DNA of 64,000 nucleotides, from NCBI GenBank assembly GCA_963713045.1, contig CAVQKE010000003.1, positions 704,001-768,000 of the forward strand. The letters run 5' to 3'. The DNA comes from an uncultured delta proteobacterium. Its GTDB lineage: Bacteria; Myxococcota; Myxococcia; Myxococcales; Myxococcaceae. A program made the translations under genes and the position numbers. Below the pieces are notes generated by a model. That model worked only from the letters and a program-made list of their open reading frames with translations, had not been told where the DNA came from and searched no databases. Below are positions 17,839 through 27,452 of this stretch, piece after piece (positions within the stretch are counted from its first letter, which is position 1; every line of letters starts with the position of its first letter).

Positions 17839-18843
17839 TTGCCCACCGCCTTCCGAAACCGGCTTTCCAAAAATGCCCGGCACTTTCGCCGCTGGGCGGA
17901 GCGCCAGCGCCTCAGCGCCTACCGGGTATACGACCGGGACGTCCCGGACTTCCCCTACGTCGTCGAACGCTACGCCGGCCGCGTCCACCTGGTGGAGTAC
18001 CCGCGGCGGGCCGAACGTCAGCGCGACCCCGAAGGGCTGCGCGCGGCCATCCTGCAGGATGTGGTGGAGGTGCTGGAGGTGCCGCCGGAAGACGTTTTCC
18101 CGAAGACCCACCTGCCGCAACCCTGGGGACAGGCCCAGTACGGGCGGCTGGCCACTTCCGGAAAGGACTTCACCGTCGAGGAGCAGGGCTTGCGCTTCTG
18201 GGTCAACCTCGCGGACCGGCTGGACACCGGGCTGTTTCTCGACCACCGCCTCACCCGGGCCAGGGTGCGCGACGAAGCCCTTGGGAAACGCGTCCTCAAC
18301 CTCTTCTGCTACACCGGCGCCTTCAGCGTCTACGCCGCCGCCGGAGGGGCCGAGGCCACCACCAGCGTCGACCTCTCCAACACCTATCTCGACTGGACGG
18401 CGCGTAACCTCCAGTTGAATTCGCTTCTCGCACCGCGGCACGTCCGCATTCGCGCCGATGCACTGCGCTGGCTGATCGACGCTTCCAGCCAGGCGGCGCG
18501 CTGGGACTTGGTGGTGCTCGACCCCCCGCCCTTCTCCACCAGCAATGCCATGCGCGGCACCTTCGACGTACAGCGAGACCACCTGCGGCTGTTGCGCAGC
18601 GCGCTGGCGCTGCTTGCCCCTTCTGGCAAGCTGTACTTCTCCACCAACTACCGCCGCTTCGAATTGGACCCGCGCGCAAGCGCGCTGGGCAGCTTCCGGG
18701 AATTGACGCCCGGCATTCTCCCGCCGGACGTCCAACGCAAGGACGTGCTGCGCTGCTGGGAAGTGCTGCCGGCCCCGGGTGGTGTAAGGGAGGGGGATGG
18801 CTCCACGACACCCCCGCCCGCCCGAAGGCGGCACCCGCGCTAA
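17839..18843 (+). CDS. Class I SAM-dependent rRNA methyltransferase (RlmK-like, C-terminal half of RlmKL)
   Basis: FRNRLSKN, AYRVYDRDVPD, DTGLFLDHR, LNLFCYTG and LDPPPFS motifs; start uncertain (17812 or 17839). Confidence 0.82.
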   Translation: MPTAFRNRLSKNARHFRRWAERQRLSAYRVYDRDVPDFPYVVERYAGRVHLVEYPRRAERQRDPEGLRAAILQDVVEVLEVPPEDVFPKTHLPQPWGQAQYGRLATSGKDFTVEEQGLRFWVNLADRLDTGLFLDHRLTRARVRDEALGKRVLNLFCYTGAFSVYAAAGGAEATTSVDLSNTYLDWTARNLQLNSLLAPRHVRIRADALRWLIDASSQAARWDLVVLDPPPFSTSNAMRGTFDVQRDHLRLLRSALALLAPSGKLYFSTNYRRFELDPRASALGSFRELTPGILPPDVQRKDVLRCWEVLPAPGGVREGDGSTTPPPARRRHPR

Positions 18844-20197
18844 CTCCCCCGGGCCGGGGGCCAAGGCGCGCCGCAGCCTGGACCCGCGCGACTCCCGCTT
18901 CGCAGCCAAGGCCAGCGCTCGCGCCGCGCCAGCCGTCGACGGCCGCCGCCCCGGCGCGCCCAGGGCCGCCGACCGCCGAGAGGCCAATGCCCGGGAATCT
19001 CACCGGGCCCTTCCCCCGATGGGCCCGGACGGCCTCTTCAACGTCGTCATCACCCGCCGCGGCACCGAACGTTGGCAGGCCGGACACCCGTGGATTTACC
19101 GCGGAGACTTGGCCGCGGAGCCCTCGCTGGAAGGCGGCGAGGTGGTGCGCGTCCTGGACGCGCGGGGCTGGTTTCTGGGCAAAGCCTTCTACGCCAAGGC
19201 CTCCAAAATCGCCCTGCGCGGCCTGACGCTGGAAGACGAGGCGGTGGACCGCGCCTTCTTCGCCCGGCGCATCGCCCAGGCCGACGCGCTGCGCCGGCGG
19301 ATGGACCCTGGACAAACCACCTACCGTGCGGTGCACGCCGACGCCGACTTACTGCCCGGGCTGGTGGTGGACCGCTTCGACGACGTGCTGTCCGCACAAT
19401 TTCTGGTGAAGGCCACCGACGACCGCCGCGAATTGTTCGCCGACTTGCTGATGGAGCACTTCGCCGCCCGCGGCTTGATGGACAGAAGCGACGTTGGGGT
19501 GCGGGCGCTGGAGGGCCTGCCGCCCCGGCGGGAAGTCCTCCGAGGCGAAGTGCCGGAGAGGGTGCCCTACGCCGAAGGCCCACTGACATTTCTCGCCGAC
19601 GTGCGCGCCGGACAGAAGACGGGCGCCTTTCTCGACCAGCGCGAAAACCACCTGCTGGCGGCCAGCTACGCCCATGGGGAGGCGCTCGACTGCTTCGCCT
19701 ACCAAGGCGGCTTTTCCCTGCAGCTGGCGCGCAGCGCGGCCCGCGTCACCGCGGTGGAGATTTCTGCCGCCGCTTGCGAAACCCTTTTGGAGAATGCGCG
19801 CCGCAACGGCCTCGGCAACGTCCAGGCGGTGGAGGCCAACGCCTTCGACTTCCTCCGCGACGCGGTGGACGAGGGCCGGCGCTTCGACACCATTGTCCTC
19901 GACCCGCCCTCGTTCGCGAAAAGCAAGGACGCCCTCGAGGCGGCGCTGCGCGGCTACAAGGAAATTAACCTGCGCGCCCTGCAACTCCTCTCCCCGGGCG
20001 GGGTGCTGATGACTGGCAGCTGCACCTACCACGTGGACGAGGAGCGCTTTGAAGCCATGCTGGCCTCCGCCGCCGCCGACGCCAAGCGGCGGGTACAAAT
20101 TGTCGAGCGCCGGGGCGCCTCCCGGGACCACCCGGTGCTGCTGCACCTGCGAGAGACGCGCTACCTGAAGTTTTACGTGCTGCGCGTCCTGGCATGA
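18797..20197 (+). CDS. RlmI-like class I SAM-dependent rRNA methyltransferase with PUA domain
   Basis: GHPWIY, DLLPGLVVDRF, GQKTGAFLDQREN, LDPPSFAK and ETRYLK motifs; strong RBS before 18797 gives a disordered N-terminal extension (alternative start 19019). Confidence 0.88.
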   Translation: MAPRHPRPPEGGTRANSPGPGAKARRSLDPRDSRFAAKASARAAPAVDGRRPGAPRAADRREANARESHRALPPMGPDGLFNVVITRRGTERWQAGHPWIYRGDLAAEPSLEGGEVVRVLDARGWFLGKAFYAKASKIALRGLTLEDEAVDRAFFARRIAQADALRRRMDPGQTTYRAVHADADLLPGLVVDRFDDVLSAQFLVKATDDRRELFADLLMEHFAARGLMDRSDVGVRALEGLPPRREVLRGEVPERVPYAEGPLTFLADVRAGQKTGAFLDQRENHLLAASYAHGEALDCFAYQGGFSLQLARSAARVTAVEISAAACETLLENARRNGLGNVQAVEANAFDFLRDAVDEGRRFDTIVLDPPSFAKSKDALEAALRGYKEINLRALQLLSPGGVLMTGSCTYHVDEERFEAMLASAAADAKRRVQIVERRGASRDHPVLLHLRETRYLKFYVLRVLA

Positions 20198-20289
20198 GGC
20201 GCCTTGCCAATCGCCCGTCGCGGGCGCTTGACGAGGCCCGCTTGCGCCCCAACACCCAAAGGGTGTCAGCTTTGACCCTGAGCTTCGCC

Positions 20290-20799
20290 ATGGGACCGGG
20301 GGACGCCGAGACGCACCGCAGCCAGCGCCGGCGCGCGCAGCGGGCGTCCCTTCGGGAGTTGGCGGCGGTCTACCGGGCGGCGGACGCGGCCTACCGTCCC
20401 TACCGCTGTCCTGGGACGGCCGAGTGCTGCCAGTTGGCGACGACGAAACGCGAACCCTGGCTGTGGCCCCTGGAGTGGGAGGCGCTGCTGGCCGCCAAGG
20501 GCGGGCAGGCGCCGCCTGAACGGCTGGACGGCGGCTGCCCCTTCCTCACCGAGGATGGCCAGCGCTGCAGCGCCTACGCCGCCCGGCCCTTCGGCTGTCG
20601 CACCTTCTTCTGCAGCCGGGTGCAAGGCCCCGCGCGCGAGCCCACCCTGGTGGTGGCCGCCCTCGCTGCCCGGCTGCAGCGGGTGGCGCAGACGCTGGAC
20701 GCGGACTGCTCCGGGCCCCGCCCACTGCTGGCCTGGGCCCGGCAGGCGCGGGCTGCGGCATCAGCCCCAGCCGCCCGTGTCGAAAGCCCGCCGCCGTGA
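20290..20799 (+). CDS. YkgJ-family Cys-cluster protein
   Basis: CPGTAECC, CPFL, CSAYAARPFGCRTFFC motifs. Confidence 0.85.
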   Translation: MGPGDAETHRSQRRRAQRASLRELAAVYRAADAAYRPYRCPGTAECCQLATTKREPWLWPLEWEALLAAKGGQAPPERLDGGCPFLTEDGQRCSAYAARPFGCRTFFCSRVQGPAREPTLVVAALAARLQRVAQTLDADCSGPRPLLAWARQARAAASAPAARVESPPP

Positions 20800-21929
20800 C
20801 GCGCTACCTGGTGGCGCCGCTGGAATTCAAGGGCAGCTTGACAGCCGCCGAGGCCGCCGCGGCCATTCGCCGAGGACTGGAGCGCGCCGGCGCCGGTGCG
20901 CAGGTGGAGACGCTGCCGCTGGCCGACGGGGGGCCCGGCACCGCCGAGGTGCTGGTGGACGCGCTGCACGGCAGCTGGCACAGCCTGCCGGTGCGGGACC
21001 CACTGGGCCGGACCATCGAAGCCAGCTACGGCGCCTGGGCCGGGGGCACCGCCGGCGTCGTGGAAATGGCGCGGGCCTCCGGGCTCGTGCTGCTGGCCCC
21101 GGGAGAGCGCAATGCCCGGCGCACGAGCAGCTTCGGGACGGGCGAACTCATCCGGGCGGCCGTCCTCCGCGGGGTGCGCTCGCTGATGGTCGGGCTCGGC
21201 GGCAGCGCCAGCAACGACGGGGGCGCCGGCGCGCTGCAGGCGCTGGGCGTTCGGCTGCGCGACGCGCAAGGCCGGGAGCTGCCCGCCGGTGGCACGGCGC
21301 TGCGAGAGCTGGCCCGGATTGAGTTGGAGGGTGTGCTTCGACAGATGCGGGATGTGGAACTCACCTGCGTGACCGACGTCACCAACCCCCTCACCGGGCC
21401 CTCCGGCGCTTCGGCGGTTTATGGACCGCAAAAGGGAGCCACCCACGCGGACGTCGCCCTCCTCGACGCCGCGCTGGCCCACTTCGCCGACGTCATCCGC
21501 CGCCAGCTGGGGGTGGACGTTTCGCTGGAGCCGGGGATGGGAGCTGCCGGCGGCCTCGGCTTTGGGCTGAGGGCCATCTTCGGCGCCCGGGTGGTCCCGG
21601 GCTTCGGCTACGTCGCCGAGATGGTGCACCTCGAGGACCATCTGGCCCAGTGCGACGTGGTACTGACTGGCGAGGGACGGCTGGACGCCCAGTCGCGTCA
21701 AGGCAAGGGCCCGGTGGCGCTCGCCGAGCGCGCCCGGGCTGCCGGCAAGCGGGTGGTTGTCTTCGCCGGCAGCATCGAAGGCGTCTGGCGCCCAGGCGAC
21801 TCGCCCTTCGACGACGTGAAACTGGCTGGGGCGCCGGACTGGGACGAGCGCCATGCGGACGCGAAAGCCGTGGCCCAGGCCGCTCTCAGCGAGGCAGTGG
21901 CAGTGTGGGCCAGCGCGGCCTCCGCCTGA
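20796..21929 (+). CDS. glxK: Glycerate kinase (GlxK/GarK family)
   Basis: FKGSL, LADGGPGT, EMARASG, GLGGSASNDGGAG, VYGPQKGA and TGEGRLDAQS..GK motifs. Confidence 0.92.
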   Translation: MTRYLVAPLEFKGSLTAAEAAAAIRRGLERAGAGAQVETLPLADGGPGTAEVLVDALHGSWHSLPVRDPLGRTIEASYGAWAGGTAGVVEMARASGLVLLAPGERNARRTSSFGTGELIRAAVLRGVRSLMVGLGGSASNDGGAGALQALGVRLRDAQGRELPAGGTALRELARIELEGVLRQMRDVELTCVTDVTNPLTGPSGASAVYGPQKGATHADVALLDAALAHFADVIRRQLGVDVSLEPGMGAAGGLGFGLRAIFGARVVPGFGYVAEMVHLEDHLAQCDVVLTGEGRLDAQSRQGKGPVALAERARAAGKRVVVFAGSIEGVWRPGDSPFDDVKLAGAPDWDERHADAKAVAQAALSEAVAVWASAASA

Positions 21930-21933
21930 GGGG

Positions 21934-22626
21934 TTAGCGCAGCAGCGCCTGCAACTCGGCGAAACGAGACGCGGGGTCGCCGAAGTGGGCGTGGTAGTCG
22001 GCCTGGCTTCGGCGGATGACTTCGCACGCCTCTTCCCGGTCATACATTTCCGGAATGCTCACCTTGCGCGCAGCGTCGCCTGGAATTTGTTTGTAGGTGA
22101 GGAAGTAATGGCGCAGCCGCTCGAGCAGTGGCCGCGGCACGTCGTCCAAGTCGCGCATCGCGCCGTAAGCCAAGTCGCCGTCCAGGACCGCGATGATTTT
22201 GTCGTCCGCTTGATTGCCATCCACCATCCGCAGGCCGCCGATGGGGTGGGCCCGCAGCAGAAACGAGGCGTGGGTGTAGGCCTTCTCGCTCAGCACGCAG
22301 ATGTCCATCGGGTCCTGGTCGCCTTCAATCCCGGTGAGCCCAGTCCTCTCGGCGGTCCGGGCGCCGACGCGCTCGCCACAGAAGGTCTGCGGGATGAAGC
22401 CGTACAGCGAGGGGCAGAGGCTCGAATAGCGCTGGGGCCGGTCGAGCTTGAGTTCGCCGCTGTGCTTGTCCAATTCGTATTTCACCGTGTCGGCGGGGAC
22501 AATCTCGATAAACGCCACCACCTCATCCGGCGCGTCCGGGCCTATCGCAATGCCGTGCCAGGGGTGGGCTTTAAAGAGGAGACTGAGGAGCTTCTCCAGT
22601 GCGACCTCATTATTCCGTTCAGCCAT
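21934..22626 (-). CDS. ppa: Inorganic pyrophosphatase, family I
   Basis: HPWHG, KYELDK, LYGFIPQT, GDQDPMD, DDKIIAV and YFLTYK motifs. Confidence 0.93.
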   Translation of the reverse strand: MAERNNEVALEKLLSLLFKAHPWHGIAIGPDAPDEVVAFIEIVPADTVKYELDKHSGELKLDRPQRYSSLCPSLYGFIPQTFCGERVGARTAERTGLTGIEGDQDPMDICVLSEKAYTHASFLLRAHPIGGLRMVDGNQADDKIIAVLDGDLAYGAMRDLDDVPRPLLERLRHYFLTYKQIPGDAARKVSIPEMYDREEACEVIRRSQADYHAHFGDPASRFAELQALLR

Positions 22627-23356
22627 CGGTCAGCCTCTCTTGAACCCGCGCGTTGGCCGCTTCGAGTAGCCGTGCCACCGCGGCCTGCGCGTGGCCGGTC
22701 AGCGCTTCTCGCTCCTCAAGCGTCATTCCGAGAGTGGACAGGGGTTCACCCACCGCCAACACCACCGGGCGACCGCCATGAACAAGAAGGCTCTGCTTGT
22801 GAAGGACGTCCTTGGTCCCGGCCAACGCCAGAGGGACCAGCGGCACCTGCGCTTGAATGGCCAGCACCGCCGCCCCTTTCTTGAAAGGCCGCAGGCGGCC
22901 CTCCGGGTCCCGCGTCCCCTCAGCGAAGAAAAGGATGCTCGCCCGTGAGCGCACCGCCTCGACGGCGTTGGCGATGCTCTCCTTGTCCCGGTCACTGCCA
23001 GTGCGGTCGACAGGAATCATCCCCGTCGCGCGCAGGGCCGAGCCGAAGAGGGGGATTTTGAAAAGCTCGCGCTTGGCGATGAAGCGTAGGTGCTTCTGTA
23101 GCTTCGCGTAGAGCACGACCGGGTCGAAATTGGACTGATGGTTGCACACGTAGACCGCGTTGCCGGCTGGGAGCCGCTCGAGGCCCCGCACCTCAATCTG
23201 CATGGCCGAGGCCCGAAGCAAGTTGTTGCACCACATCCGCAAAAGAGCGTCCGGTGCCCGCTCGTCCAGGTAGGCCAGGGCCACCACCGCCGGCCCCACC
23301 AGGGCGGTGCTGGCCGCGGCGGCCAACACGCCCAAGGTGTGCAGGGAGTCCTTCAC
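22619..23356 (-). CDS. plsC: 1-acyl-sn-glycerol-3-phosphate acyltransferase
   Basis: NHQSNFD, FIAKRELF, FAEGTR and FKKGA motifs. Confidence 0.88.
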   Translation of the reverse strand: MKDSLHTLGVLAAAASTALVGPAVVALAYLDERAPDALLRMWCNNLLRASAMQIEVRGLERLPAGNAVYVCNHQSNFDPVVLYAKLQKHLRFIAKRELFKIPLFGSALRATGMIPVDRTGSDRDKESIANAVEAVRSRASILFFAEGTRDPEGRLRPFKKGAAVLAIQAQVPLVPLALAGTKDVLHKQSLLVHGGRPVVLAVGEPLSTLGMTLEEREALTGHAQAAVARLLEAANARVQERLTDG

Positions 23357-24339
23357 AGGAAGTCCTGCGCCGGGAAAAGCAGCACTTCGGAAAGTTCCTC
23401 CGCCCCCAGCAGCAGCATCAACAGCCGGTCGAGCCCCACCGCCACGCCGCCGGACGGAGGAAGGTGTGCCACCGCCTCGAGGAACGCCTCGTCCAAGGGG
23501 TAGACGGCCCGTCCTGCCGCTCGCCGCTGCGCTTGCTCCAGGAGGAGCCGGCGCCGCTGCTCCTGGGCGTCGGTGAGCTCCGAGAAGCCGTTGGCCAACT
23601 CAAGGCCGTGCGCGTACAGCTCGAAGCGCTCGGCGACGCTGGGCTCGCCTGGTTTCAGCCGCGCCAGGGCGGCCATGGGAGCCGGGTATTCGGTCAGGTA
23701 GGTGGGCCGCTCGCGGCCGAGCTCTGGTTCCACGCGCGCCAGAAAAAGCCGGAAGAAGACGTCCTCAAAGGCCTCCCCCTCCGGCACCTCCACGCCGACG
23801 CGCCGGACGGCGGCACGCAGGCTATCGGCGTCGGGGCACTGGGCCAAGTCGACGTCGGTCGCGCGGTGGACGGCGTCGCGCACCGTCAAGCGCTGGTAGG
23901 GTGTCCGGCTGAAGAAGCCGCTCGCCGCCAGCGCCCCATCGGCCGCGGAAAGCAACGCTTCGAGGTCCGCCATGACGGCGGTGGCATCCGCCTCGGGCCG
24001 GTAAAACTCCAACAGGGTGAACTCGGGGTTGTGGCTGCGACTCACCTCGCCGTTGCGGAAGACTTTGCAGATTTGAAAAAGCGGGCCCGAGCCTTCGGCC
24101 AACAGGCGCTTCATCGCGTATTCGGGGCTGGTGTGCAGGTAAAGCGTCCGCGGTCGCCCGACGTCCGTCTCCGGCAGAAAGGGAACCTCAAAGGCAGCAA
24201 TGTGCGGTTCCATCCCCGGCGCGGGGACAAGGCAGGGCGTCTCCACCTCGAGGTAGCCCAAGCGACCGAGCGAGGCCCGGAGCGAGGCATAGAAGCTTTG
24301 GCGGGCGCGCGCCGCCGCCCACCGACGGGGAATGGGCAT
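23353..24339 (-). CDS. epmA: EF-P lysine aminoacylase (EpmA/GenX)
   Basis: EVETP, LHTSPEYAMKRLLA, FRNGE..HNPEFTLLEFY, ELANGFSEL and GVAVGLDRL motifs. Confidence 0.93.
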   Translation of the reverse strand: MPIPRRWAAARARQSFYASLRASLGRLGYLEVETPCLVPAPGMEPHIAAFEVPFLPETDVGRPRTLYLHTSPEYAMKRLLAEGSGPLFQICKVFRNGEVSRSHNPEFTLLEFYRPEADATAVMADLEALLSAADGALAASGFFSRTPYQRLTVRDAVHRATDVDLAQCPDADSLRAAVRRVGVEVPEGEAFEDVFFRLFLARVEPELGRERPTYLTEYPAPMAALARLKPGEPSVAERFELYAHGLELANGFSELTDAQEQRRRLLLEQAQRRAAGRAVYPLDEAFLEAVAHLPPSGGVAVGLDRLLMLLLGAEELSEVLLFPAQDFL

Positions 24340-24372
24340 GGACGGCGCGCGACGCTACATTGCGCGGCCCCC

Positions 24373-26232
24373 ATGCGTCCAAGTGCACTCCTCTGCACCA
24401 CCCTGCTGCTGCTTGCCGGTTGCTCGACTCCGCCTCCCCCCCTTCCACCGCCGCCCAGCCCGGCCGAAGCCGCGCACACTGCCCTGGTCGCGGAGGCGGC
24501 TGGGCTTTCCGCCAAGGCCGAGACGCTGCTCCGCACCCAGGACGAGCTGGTGTGGAACAGCTGGACCGAGGGCACCCCAGCGGACTTGGCGAAGACGTAT
24601 GCCGGTAGCGAGGCCTGGCTGACGCCGGCGGCGATTGCCGCGGTGGAGCAACTGCGGCAGTCCACGCTGGGGCCACTCGACCGGCTGGCCCTCACCCACC
24701 TGCATGCCTACCTCGCGACGGAATGGCTGGCGCAGAAGACAGCCGGCCTGTCGGAGGAAGCGGCCAACCTCGAGCAGACCCTCACTTTCGGCCCGTCCGG
24801 CCAGGAGCATCCCTACCGCAACCTCGAATCCCTGCTGGCTTCGGAGCGAAGCGCGCTTCTGCGCAAGACGCTGTATGACGGCGCCACCCCGGCGGTGGCC
24901 AAGCTGGCTGAGGTGCTCGCCCGGCGCCGAGCGCGCACCCAAGCCTTGCTGGGCGAGCTCGGCCTTCCCTCGGCCAGCCTTCTGGTCGAGCTGCGCGAAA
25001 GCGAGCTCGAGCCGCTGGTGGCGCTGGCCAACCAAGTCCTGACTCGCACTCAGAAAGCTTTCATCGCCACGCTGGGCCGCCTCTCCTGGACAGAGCTGCA
25101 GCTGCCGGTGGACCGCGTCAGCCGTGCCGACATTCCCCGTCTCTTCCGACTGCCAGCCCTCGAGTCCGCCTTCCCCAAGGCGGAGGTTTTCACGCGCGCC
25201 ACCAACACCCTGCGGGGGCTGGGCATTGACGTGGCCAGCATGCACAACGTCACCTTGGACTTGAAGGAGACGCCGGGAAAGAACCCGAGGGGCCTGGTGC
25301 TGGGCGTCGTCATCCCCAGCGACGTGCGCGTCTCCCTACTTCCGGTGGGCGGCGCCCGCGACGAGCGCGAGACGCTTCACCAGATGGGGCATCTGCTCAG
25401 CGACGCCCTCAGCCAGGAGCACCGCTGGGCGCTGGCCAAGCTGGGCAACCGGACGGTGGGGGAGGCCTGGTCCTTCTTGTTGGAGGACCTCACCGTCGAC
25501 CCACTCTGGCTCGAGCGCGTCGCCGGATTCACCGGAGACGTCCAACTGGCGTGGCGGACGTCGGCCGATGCCCAACGCCTCTTCTTGCTGCGCCGGGCAG
25601 CGGGCAAGGTTCTTTTCAACGCTGCTGCCCAAGGCCCGGATGCCAACGCGGCGACCGTCTACCGGGAGGTCATGACGCGGACCTATGGCTTCCCGATGAC
25701 GGCGGCAGACGAGGCCCGCGCCGAGTTGGACCGCGAGGAATTCCTCGCCTCGGCGGACTACCTGCAGGCCTTCGTCCTGGCGGCCCAACTTGAACAGCAG
25801 CTCCGCGGACGTTTCGGGCCCGCCTGGTGGCAAGAGGCGGCCGCAGGGGCCTGGGTCCGGAGCCTGTTGGCAAAGGGCAACTCCGAGACGGCTGGCGGAT
25901 TCGCCCGCGCCATGGGGCTGGAGGGGCTGGACGTCGAGGCCTTCCTGGCACGGGTGCCCACCGCCCTTGGGGGAACGGCGACACCTGGGCCGCTGACGCC
26001 GGGCTCGACCGTCGACGCAGGGGCAGCCGGCACCCCAGCGGGCCCTCCGGCCGACGCCGGGGCCCCGCCCAGGGGGCCGGACGCGGGCGCGGTCGCGCCG
26101 GCCGACTCGGCCGACGCCGGCGGGGCGACCGCCTTTCCGTCGACGGATGCAGGGCCGTTGCCGACAGGAACCACCGTCGCGCCAGACAGGCCACCGGCCA
26201 CGTCCCTCAACGACGCGGGCACCGGCGGCTAG
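24373..26232 (+). CDS. Lipoprotein with M3/M32-like zincin fold (HQxxH) and DAG-repeat tail
   Basis: Lipobox LLAGC; KNPRG...IPSDVR; LHQMGH plus downstream GEAWSFLLE; FLASADYLQA; low-complexity C-terminus. Confidence 0.7.
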   Translation: MRPSALLCTTLLLLAGCSTPPPPLPPPPSPAEAAHTALVAEAAGLSAKAETLLRTQDELVWNSWTEGTPADLAKTYAGSEAWLTPAAIAAVEQLRQSTLGPLDRLALTHLHAYLATEWLAQKTAGLSEEAANLEQTLTFGPSGQEHPYRNLESLLASERSALLRKTLYDGATPAVAKLAEVLARRRARTQALLGELGLPSASLLVELRESELEPLVALANQVLTRTQKAFIATLGRLSWTELQLPVDRVSRADIPRLFRLPALESAFPKAEVFTRATNTLRGLGIDVASMHNVTLDLKETPGKNPRGLVLGVVIPSDVRVSLLPVGGARDERETLHQMGHLLSDALSQEHRWALAKLGNRTVGEAWSFLLEDLTVDPLWLERVAGFTGDVQLAWRTSADAQRLFLLRRAAGKVLFNAAAQGPDANAATVYREVMTRTYGFPMTAADEARAELDREEFLASADYLQAFVLAAQLEQQLRGRFGPAWWQEAAAGAWVRSLLAKGNSETAGGFARAMGLEGLDVEAFLARVPTALGGTATPGPLTPGSTVDAGAAGTPAGPPADAGAPPRGPDAGAVAPADSADAGGATAFPSTDAGPLPTGTTVAPDRPPATSLNDAGTGG

Positions 26233-26241
26233 CGACGGCCT

Positions 26242-27324
26242 TCAGGGCGCAGTGGAGCCGGCGCTCGGCTGCCCGCAGTTGGCGCAGAATTTTGCCCCAG
26301 CCGCTAGCTGGCCTCCGCACTTGGCGCACGCCAGGGCGACGGCCAGCGGGGCACCGCAACTGCTGCAGAATTTCCCCGTGCCCGGGGTTCCACACTTGGG
26401 GCAAGCCGTGCCCGGCGGACCGGCGGCGGGCCGAGGCAGGCCTTGGGACTGCTGAAGCATTTGCGCCATCCCCAAGCCCACACCGAGGCCAGCGCCTTGA
26501 AGCATTCCTCCGCCACCGCCGTCGCCGCCTTTGGCCATGCCCTCCGCCGCACCCAACATGGCTTGTCCAGCGGCGTACTGCTGAAAGCCGCCGGCCATCT
26601 TGGTGTACGCCTGGTCCTTGGTGAGGCGCTTCAGGGTGGCCTCGTCCTCGGGTTTGATGCCGATGGTGAAGTTGCCCATTCGCACCACCGTCAGTCCGTA
26701 CCCATCCACGTGCGGCTTCACCCCGGCCAGGACGTCTTGCTCAATTTCCTCGGTGTAGGCGCCGGAGGTGACGTCGAGCAGTGGCCACTTCTTCTTCACC
26801 AGCAGCTCCGCCACGTGGTCGCGGATGACTTTCAGCACCTGGCTCTTGAACCAGGCGAGGAAGTCCTCGTTGCTGGTCCTCCGCAGCCCAACCAACCCCA
26901 CCACCAGCTTCTCCGGGTCCGTCACCCGCACCGAGAAGTCGCCGTACACCATGGTGCCAATGCCGAGTCCCGTCTCCGGGTCCCGAACGTCGCCAATCGG
27001 TCCACCAAACCGCACTCCTGGGAATTCGCGGGTGCTGACGAAGTAAAGCTCGGCGACGAAGAGGTTGCCGCCGGTGAAGCCTTCCAAAACGGCCGAGAGG
27101 AAGGGGATGTTGTTGGTGTCGAGTTGGTGCTTGCCCGGCCCCAGCTTCCCCTGCACCGTGCCGTCCTTGACGAACAGCGCGACTTCATCGGCGCCCACGG
27201 TGAGCTGGGTGAGCATCCGGATGTTGTGTTCGGGGTAGGCGTAGAGAATGTCATTCTTCGCCTCGTCCGAACGAGTGATGAAGTTGCGCTGGGCTTCCTG
27301 CTTCAGCGAGTCAAAGAGACCCAT
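26242..27324 (-). CDS. SPFH-domain protein with C-terminal double zinc ribbon (YdjI-like)
   Basis: TQLTVGADEVALFVKDG...LGPGKHQLDTNNIPFL; CPKCG...KFCSSCG...CAKCG...KFCANCG. Confidence 0.88.
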   Translation of the reverse strand: MGLFDSLKQEAQRNFITRSDEAKNDILYAYPEHNIRMLTQLTVGADEVALFVKDGTVQGKLGPGKHQLDTNNIPFLSAVLEGFTGGNLFVAELYFVSTREFPGVRFGGPIGDVRDPETGLGIGTMVYGDFSVRVTDPEKLVVGLVGLRRTSNEDFLAWFKSQVLKVIRDHVAELLVKKKWPLLDVTSGAYTEEIEQDVLAGVKPHVDGYGLTVVRMGNFTIGIKPEDEATLKRLTKDQAYTKMAGGFQQYAAGQAMLGAAEGMAKGGDGGGGGMLQGAGLGVGLGMAQMLQQSQGLPRPAAGPPGTACPKCGTPGTGKFCSSCGAPLAVALACAKCGGQLAAGAKFCANCGQPSAGSTAP

Positions 27325-27452
27325 CGGGGGGATTCCTCCAGGGCTGAGGACGAGAGGCGGGGCGGCGACGGCGCGGCGCCGACCAAGGATGGCACACCGA
27401 AGCGCAGTCCGCCAAAGGTGGGCCACCCCCCGGGCGGCCGTCGCCCGAACTT

